The notes under the pieces were generated by a model. That model saw nothing but the letters and a program-made list of their open reading frames with translations. It was not told the origin of the DNA and searched no databases. Below, piece by piece: positions 58,133 through 64,000 of a stretch of 64,000 nt of DNA; positions within the stretch are counted from its first letter, which is position 1, and each line of letters begins with the position of its first letter. A program made the translations under genes and the position numbers. Source of the stretch: a virus. Location: the IMG/VR virus record IMGVR_UViG_3300032282_004772, one strand, 5' to 3'.

Positions 58133-59122
58133 TTAATTTTTTGGTTTTCTTTTAAGTATCTCTTCAGGTGACATAAATGATTCCGCATACTTATTATAAC
58201 CTGAATAAAATGAACTTGTAGATTTCCCCATCCAATTATTATATTTTATAGTATAGTCCCATATGTCACTTGGTGACCATCCTTTTGTTTTTAAAAATCC
58301 TCCGACAGCGCCACCAGTTCTGTCAGCTCCTGCGGCACAATGAACTAAAGTATTCCCCTTATCTAAAATATTATTAATCTCGTTTTGAGATTGGGTATAA
58401 CCTTTTCCTTTTTGATATCCTTTATGATAGTTTATTGAATAATACTTACATCCATTTTTTTCACAAATATCTCTTTCTTCGGCCCCACTTAAAATATCTG
58501 AGCCGTCACCCCCACTTTCAGCATTCATTCTAATTAAATTTTTAATACCATAAGTTTTAATAATTGAATTTAAAACATTTCCTGGTAATTGTTTAGACCT
58601 ATAATTACTTCTATTTCCATCAGGTATTAAATCAAAATTATATTTTGTTTTAGGTCCCATAGGTATATTACCTACGTTTGTGTATTCTTTTTTCGGTGAT
58701 TCTTTCTTTTCCTCATCATTTACAACGAATGAACCAATATCTGAAGATTTAACATTTTTTTCTTTCATTAAATCAACCATTTTATTTATAACCGCAGACC
58801 TAGCCTCAGACTTTGTTCCGGTAAATCTTTTTTCAGGGAAATTTTTTTCTATAAACTTATTTACTGCTCTACCGGTTTCATCACCAAATTTACCATCAAT
58901 ACCGTATATTGGTAATGAAAAACCAAGAGTTTCTAATGCGATTTGTAAGGCTTCAACTCCTTTTTGGTATGTAATACTACCTTTATTTTGTTGTTGGAAT
59001 CCGTCATTTTTCACAGAATCCATTAAAATTGAATAGACATCTTCAATACTCTTAAAGTGTTCTGATTTTTTAGACTCAGTAATTATTTTATAAAATTGTT
59101 CTTTATTTAAAATTAATCTCAT
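58133..59122 (-). CDS. Peptidoglycan-binding domain fused to a tyrosine/dual-specificity phosphatase domain
   Basis: VEALQIALETLGF..IDGKFGDETGRAV; CX5R motif in VHCAAGADRTG. Confidence 0.8.
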   Translation of the reverse strand: MRLILNKEQFYKIITESKKSEHFKSIEDVYSILMDSVKNDGFQQQNKGSITYQKGVEALQIALETLGFSLPIYGIDGKFGDETGRAVNKFIEKNFPEKRFTGTKSEARSAVINKMVDLMKEKNVKSSDIGSFVVNDEEKKESPKKEYTNVGNIPMGPKTKYNFDLIPDGNRSNYRSKQLPGNVLNSIIKTYGIKNLIRMNAESGGDGSDILSGAEERDICEKNGCKYYSINYHKGYQKGKGYTQSQNEINNILDKGNTLVHCAAGADRTGGAVGGFLKTKGWSPSDIWDYTIKYNNWMGKSTSSFYSGYNKYAESFMSPEEILKRKPKN

Positions 59123-59135
59123 GTGATTTGTTTTA

Positions 59136-59603
59136 TTATACTTGTATTATTTTTAAAAGTTCTCCATTTTGTAACCCAACGTGAACATGAGGTGTCATTC
59201 CTTCTGGCGCCATTATATACCCTATTACATCACCTGCGGAAACTTTTTGTCCCTGTGTTACTGCGGATTTTAAATGTGCATAATAAATCATTCCGTTTTT
59301 TGATTTTATTGTTATACCATCACCAAATAATTTTTTAACACCGTCTTTAACAATACTATCACCATAGTGGTTAACTTTTGTGACAACACCATCATAAATT
59401 GAATATACTTTACTTCCTATTGGAGATGCAACATCCCAAGCATTATTATTATACCAACCTGTAGCCGAATGAGTTCCTTTCCCAGGATAACCTATTATTT
59501 TTGATACACTGTCTACAACTTTTGGTTTTAAATCAACTATGTTTGGAGACGCTATGTCTTCAAACATATTTTTTAATTGTGACTCAGATAAAATTATCTT
59601 CAT
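59136..59603 (-). CDS. M23-family peptidase
   Basis: AWDVASPIGSKVYSIYDGVV, YYAHL, GQKVSAGDVIG and PHVH; start MKIILSESQL. Confidence 0.8.
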   Translation of the reverse strand: MKIILSESQLKNMFEDIASPNIVDLKPKVVDSVSKIIGYPGKGTHSATGWYNNNAWDVASPIGSKVYSIYDGVVTKVNHYGDSIVKDGVKKLFGDGITIKSKNGMIYYAHLKSAVTQGQKVSAGDVIGYIMAPEGMTPHVHVGLQNGELLKIIQV

Positions 59604-59683
59604 ATTAATTGTTTTTATATAAATACATTTAATAACAAAAAACCCCACAATGTTGTGGGGTTAATTACTGTATTTTTATTTAA

Positions 59684-60556
59684 TTATTGTAATATGATTG
59701 AGATTTTATCTCCAACAACTTTTGCAATTTTTCCTTTGCCTGATGTTGCTGCGGCACGATTCAATTTTTTTACAAGTTCAACTCTTTCTAACTCATCACC
59801 AAAAAATGTACCATTTTGAATTGTACTATTGATGAACTCCTGCAATCCTCCTTGTGTTATTAATTTTCTATCTAATGTAGTGATATCACTATAAGTTTGT
59901 AAATTTTTTATCGCGTCTACAATTGCCTTCTCATCAGGATTGATGTTGTAACCTTTTGCCATCACTAATTTATCTCTAGTTATATCTAACATAGGGTCTG
60001 ATAATCCCGCGGTCGTTAAAGGATTTATAGTTATAAAACATTTTCTTTCTTGTGAATTGGGTTTCATTTTTGATGTGTCGAAAAAATCTTCATCCCAATG
60101 AGTTGGGTTATACGCATCGTTTGATTTATTAATAACTATTTGATACGCAACGTCTTCTCTAATACCCAAATTTGTTAAAGCGTTAATACACACATCTCTT
60201 AAAGACTTTAGTCTTCCTTCTGCAACATTTCTGTTTGTTCCATAACTTCCTGTTGAAGATGTCCCAACATATAGGTCTATAAAAGGAGGAACCTTCATTG
60301 AAGTAGCTCCAGCTTTATTTAGGCTTTGGAATTTCATAATGGTTTGAATTGTATTTCCTTGTGCTAATTTACGGGAAATCCATCCTGATATCATTCTTTT
60401 TACATTTGTCGGTATTTCAGTTTTTCCTTCGTCAAAATAAACCGCTGCGGTAAAAGAATTTCCGGCGAGTACAGGTTCTAAATCAACCTCATTTATTACT
60501 CGTTCTACGAGTCTTATAAGTTCGGACTCGGTTAGTCTAATTATTTTCTTTCTCAT
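59684..60556 (-). CDS. Leader-motif protein with an OmpA-like domain
   Basis: VYFDEGKTEI..GTSSTGSYGTNRNVAEGR..ERKCFI. Confidence 0.55.
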   Translation of the reverse strand: MRKKIIRLTESELIRLVERVINEVDLEPVLAGNSFTAAVYFDEGKTEIPTNVKRMISGWISRKLAQGNTIQTIMKFQSLNKAGATSMKVPPFIDLYVGTSSTGSYGTNRNVAEGRLKSLRDVCINALTNLGIREDVAYQIVINKSNDAYNPTHWDEDFFDTSKMKPNSQERKCFITINPLTTAGLSDPMLDITRDKLVMAKGYNINPDEKAIVDAIKNLQTYSDITTLDRKLITQGGLQEFINSTIQNGTFFGDELERVELVKKLNRAAATSGKGKIAKVVGDKISIILQ

Positions 60557-60561
60557 TTTTT

Positions 60562-60957
60562 TTATTTAGTTCCTAGTTTACTTAATGCAGTCCAAAGACA
60601 TGGAGTAAGAGTAAGTGCCACCATTGGAGCGGTTGCAACTATATTGTTAATACAAGGTGCCATAACTTTCCAAATTTCTTGTGGGTTAGGAGGAGTACCT
60701 GTTGGCATTTTTTTAATCGCCTCATTAAACGCATTAATACATGGTTCCGCGTCTACATTTGCACTTGCAAAACAAGCTTGCATTGCAACTATAACTTCAG
60801 TAGGGTCTACGGACTGTTCCTTAATAAGTTTAACATTACCTGATTTATGCTTAGATAATTTATTAAAGTTTTCGTTGGTGATTACTTTTCCACCTTTATG
60901 TTGTTCCAAAATAGCATTTTTTTCTTCGGAACTTAAATCATTAAATAGATGTTTCAT
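60562..60957 (-). CDS. Hypothetical protein
   Basis: LSSEEKNAILEQH leader; four Cys. Confidence 0.65.
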   Translation of the reverse strand: MKHLFNDLSSEEKNAILEQHKGGKVITNENFNKLSKHKSGNVKLIKEQSVDPTEVIVAMQACFASANVDAEPCINAFNEAIKKMPTGTPPNPQEIWKVMAPCINNIVATAPMVALTLTPCLWTALSKLGTK

Positions 60958-61073
60958 ATTATTTTTTGTTATATTGATAAATATAACGATAGTTACTAAT
61001 TAACTATAACATTTTCTAAAATTAGAAAAATATTTGAAATCCATGTGTCTTTTATTATTGAGTATAATTTATT

Positions 61074-61391
61074 TTAACATGCATCAACATAGTTTATTTT
61101 AACAGGATATCTACGTTTAAACCAATCTTCCATAAATTTAATGGATTCTTCTATCTCCATTGGGAAGAGTCGTGAGAATGTCTCTATGAAATCCTTGTCA
61201 ATATATAATCGACCGTCATCATAGTCGTATTCAAAAATTACATCAGTATCATCATCGTCATCTTCTACAGGACGAGAAATATATAAAATAATAAAACTAT
61301 CAAAAATAGATTGGTTTTCACCTAACTTGTCATCTAAATAAGATGACATTAACTTATATAACATATTTTCAGGTACTATATATTTTTTCAT
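61074..61391 (-). CDS. Hypothetical protein (~110-aa paralogue family)
   Basis: IFEYDYDDGRLYIDKDFIETFSRLFP..EDWFKRRY. Confidence 0.65.
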   Translation of the reverse strand: MKKYIVPENMLYKLMSSYLDDKLGENQSIFDSFIILYISRPVEDDDDDTDVIFEYDYDDGRLYIDKDFIETFSRLFPMEIEESIKFMEDWFKRRYPVKINYVDAC

Positions 61392-61392
61392 A

Positions 61393-61737
61393 CTAATCTT
61401 CCATTTCTGCAATAGTTACTTCATCAACTGTTCTTCTGTATTTTTTTTCAAACCACATTTTAATGTAATATTCATCCATTAAAGGAAAAAAGGAGTTAAT
61501 TGTCTCAACTAATCTATAATCAATAGATAAGACATTAACACGTTCATGAAAGTGTAAAACATTAGTGTCATAATTAAAAATGACACGACCATTTTCATCT
61601 GAAATTATTAAGGCATTAAAATTAAAATGTCGTATACTCCAATTTTTTGAATCCCTATCTAACATAGAATTCATCATGCTTATCATTACAGATACTTGGG
61701 ATTCACTTATAATGAATTTAGTTTTAATAATGAACAT
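61393..61737 (-). CDS. Hypothetical protein (~110-aa paralogue family)
   Basis: KFIISESQ; IFNYD..LSIDYRLVETINSFFP..KMWFEKKY. Confidence 0.6.
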   Translation of the reverse strand: MFIIKTKFIISESQVSVMISMMNSMLDRDSKNWSIRHFNFNALIISDENGRVIFNYDTNVLHFHERVNVLSIDYRLVETINSFFPLMDEYYIKMWFEKKYRRTVDEVTIAEMED

Positions 61738-62017
61738 AATATTTTAATTTTATTCCGTTAAATATTTCATTTAATTCATGACTAATGTGGCTACCAGCTC
61801 TGCGAATTAACATATTTATTCCTCCTCCCATTTCAACGGCAATTTGTCTATCAAAGAAAATATTAATATCATATGAATCGTGAACATCATTATAATCAAC
61901 CCAAAATCTTTTAATTGCATAATAATTTTCGATATTTTTATCTAAATAAGACTGAATAATATCACGTAAATTATCTTTTAATTCATTTTTTTGTTGTTCA
62001 CTTATTATATATTTCAT
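61724..62017 (-). CDS. Hypothetical protein (MKYIISEQQ leader)
   Basis: Start adjusted to follow TATTTATA. Confidence 0.65.
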   Translation of the reverse strand: MKYIISEQQKNELKDNLRDIIQSYLDKNIENYYAIKRFWVDYNDVHDSYDINIFFDRQIAVEMGGGINMLIRRAGSHISHELNEIFNGIKLKYYVHY

Positions 62018-62078
62018 ATTATATAAATACACATAAATAAAACCCCCCCCCCCCAATATTGGAGGGTTTTTATTATTT

Positions 62079-62513
62079 TTATTTATTCCATCTCCACCCT
62101 ATAGTAAATATGGCATTTTGTACCCATAAATACCTACTCCACATCATAGATTCTGCTGTCAATACAATATTTGAAGACTTATTTGGTCTACGTATATTCA
62201 TTTGTACAAAAGTAGATGCTGGCCATGGACGAATTCCAACACTTAAATCTAAATTTTCATCTATCGATAATCCAACACTACCTTTTCCTGTTACAATACT
62301 AGGAATCGCAATTCCTCCTTCATAGTCCAAAATAACTCCACTTGGGTATTTTGTTGTTGCACCAATCATATATGACGCACCAGGAAATAAAGGAATTATT
62401 CCTGTGCTTACACCTGTGTTTAATTCAGTATACTTTGTTGTAGTTTGAGCGAATGAATTAAAAAAACAAAGTGTAAAAAATATGGATATTAATATATTTT
62501 TATGTGATTTCAT
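62079..62513 (-). CDS. Secreted / outer-membrane beta-barrel-like protein
   Basis: Signal peptide ending SFA-Q; C-terminal FTIGWRW strand. Confidence 0.6.
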   Translation of the reverse strand: MKSHKNILISIFFTLCFFNSFAQTTTKYTELNTGVSTGIIPLFPGASYMIGATTKYPSGVILDYEGGIAIPSIVTGKGSVGLSIDENLDLSVGIRPWPASTFVQMNIRRPNKSSNIVLTAESMMWSRYLWVQNAIFTIGWRWNK

Positions 62514-62524
62514 TTGTTTTAAAG

Positions 62525-62887
62525 TTATGGTTCAAAAGTTACAATTCCTGATTGAATAACACTTTCAATACGTTTCAATGTATCAGCATTAAATGTTAAT
62601 TGTTTCTTTCCTCTAATACTAAATGTTTCTGAATTATATTTTATGTTATATAAAGCGCCATCAGTGCTTACTGTTAAAGAGAGTTCACCGTTTTTAATAA
62701 CTTTATAATAATTAATGTTTTCTCTATCCCCATTTGAACAACTATATCCCATTTTTTTCATAACTTCATGGTATTTCAATAGATTTGCAGAAGTTGCTGG
62801 GGTTATACAAGTATCGGTTTGTTCTTTAATTATTTTTTTAACAATCCTATGTAAATCGGATTCAGTTAATCTTATATTTTTTTTCAT
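62525..62887 (-). CDS. Hypothetical protein (MKKNIRLTESDL leader)
   Basis: 120-aa ORF. Confidence 0.65.
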   Translation of the reverse strand: MKKNIRLTESDLHRIVKKIIKEQTDTCITPATSANLLKYHEVMKKMGYSCSNGDRENINYYKVIKNGELSLTVSTDGALYNIKYNSETFSIRGKKQLTFNADTLKRIESVIQSGIVTFEP

Positions 62888-62910
62888 ACTTTATTTATTT
62901 TTTATTTATT

Positions 62911-63435
62911 TTACATGAAATTACCTTTGAATCCGTGTTTTTTAATTAATCTACGTCTTCTTCTACATCCTTTAAAAGAACGAGAATTCTTTTTTATTAT
63001 AGCACTAATAATGATTATCAATATTAAAGCCCCAATCCCAACTAATATTAATGGGTTTATAGTTACTCCGGCAATTATTAGGGGTGCCGCAACTTGTTCA
63101 GTCATTGACTGACCTTTAGTTTTTGTTTTGGCATCACGAATCGCGGTTTTAACTTGGTTAAAAATTGATTTTAAATCAGATATAGAGGTTTCGGGTGCGT
63201 GAGCCCAATCCCATACTTTATTTAAAATTCCGTCTTTTTGTGGGTCACCTGTCTCAGGTTGGACACAAGTTTCAACATCAGCATCAACAATCTCATTTGG
63301 GTCTATATCAACACCGGCATCAGATATCATATCTGACGCAATCTCCAAGTCAGAAGATTCGGCTAATAAGAGTCTATTTTCTAATTTTTTGTTTAACTCT
63401 TGTATGTGTCTTATTTTACTATAACTTCTATTCAT
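62911..63435 (-). CDS. Hypothetical protein with a C-terminal TM helix and basic tail
   Basis: LILVGIGALILIIIISAII followed by RRRRR. Confidence 0.65.
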   Translation of the reverse strand: MNRSYSKIRHIQELNKKLENRLLLAESSDLEIASDMISDAGVDIDPNEIVDADVETCVQPETGDPQKDGILNKVWDWAHAPETSISDLKSIFNQVKTAIRDAKTKTKGQSMTEQVAAPLIIAGVTINPLILVGIGALILIIIISAIIKKNSRSFKGCRRRRRLIKKHGFKGNFM

Positions 63436-63539
63436 ACCAATAAATATATCATCAATTATTAAAAAAAAATATCATTTTGTTTTGTAATTAAAATAATTTA
63501 CTTATCTTTGTATTCTTGAATTATTAATTAAAAAATAAC

Positions 63540-63860
63540 ATGGGTACAAGAGTTAAAATAACCTATATCGCAATGGATACTGATGGGAATAAACCCATAA
63601 TGAGCGCTGGTACATTTGGGGACCTTAGAGCAGGATTAGATGATTATTATGGATGTAATGGTAGAGGAGGAGAGTGTCTTGGGTTTACTCCTTACCAAAC
63701 TAAGTATCCTGATGAATACGAAGGGTATTACGAATATAAGGTAAAAATGATTTATTCCGATAGAGATGAAAAACCAACCGAATATGTTGACAAAGTAAAA
63801 GTATATTGTGTGGATTTTCATCCGTATACAATTTATGAAGTAGTGGAGGAATCAAAATAA
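63540..63860 (+). CDS. Hypothetical protein
   Basis: 106 aa after TTTG-N18-TATCTTTG. Confidence 0.65.
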   Translation: MGTRVKITYIAMDTDGNKPIMSAGTFGDLRAGLDDYYGCNGRGGECLGFTPYQTKYPDEYEGYYEYKVKMIYSDRDEKPTEYVDKVKVYCVDFHPYTIYEVVEESK

Positions 63861-63891
63861 CCGAGTTCTTGTTTAGTCGAATATTAATAAT

Positions 63892-63996
63892 AGTCAGGTG
63901 GCGGAATTGGTAGACGCTAAATTAACGAGTGGATAGTGTGCCATTGGGGAAGGGCCAAGAAAGTTACACATACGGGTTCGAATCCTGTCCTGACTG
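63892..63996 (+). ncRNA. tRNA-like element with a non-canonical anticodon domain
   Basis: Perfect AGTCAGG/CCTGACT acceptor, Leu-type D arm and ACGGG-TTCGAAT-CCTGT T arm, but no standard anticodon arm. Confidence 0.7.
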
Positions 63997-64000
63997 CAAA

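Noticed and set aside
1-64000. Stop-codon reassignment (alternative genetic code)
   Set aside because: Recognisable genes are full length in code 11, TAA, TAG and TGA all end genes, and no suppressor tRNA was found.

Overview
This is a very AT-rich, gene-dense segment of a large (probably jumbo) T4-like tailed phage that uses the standard genetic code. The host is most likely a Bacteroidota. The evidence is TTTG-N18-20-TAnnTTTG promoters, a type IX secretion C-terminal domain, and a lipoprotein rich in D-T-x O-glycosylation motifs. Genes in the window include the 5' end of the terminase large subunit, an N-domain-less ClpC beside a tandem-UVR protein, and a tmRNA with an unusual tag. There are nine tRNA genes, two of them split by related group I introns (one intron carries an HNH ORF), plus one tRNA-like element with a remodelled anticodon domain. 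Also present are RNA-repair-type domains, a GH19 endolysin, PPK2, an IMPDH/GMPR-family enzyme and many hypothetical proteins. Many of the hypotheticals share an N-terminal I/L-T/S-E-S-x-L leader and sit just after a phage-specific TATTTATA motif. The most striking unannotated signal is a ~84-nt ORF-free minus-strand unit at ~34.0 kb, bounded by a promoter motif and a terminator. It is extensively complementary to a 34-codon leader ORF at 20.7 kb, which lies in a terminator/antiterminator switch upstream of an HNH nuclease. This suggests a trans-acting sRNA-controlled attenuator or a type I antitoxin-like pair. All product calls come from motifs recognised by eye; no database searches were run.
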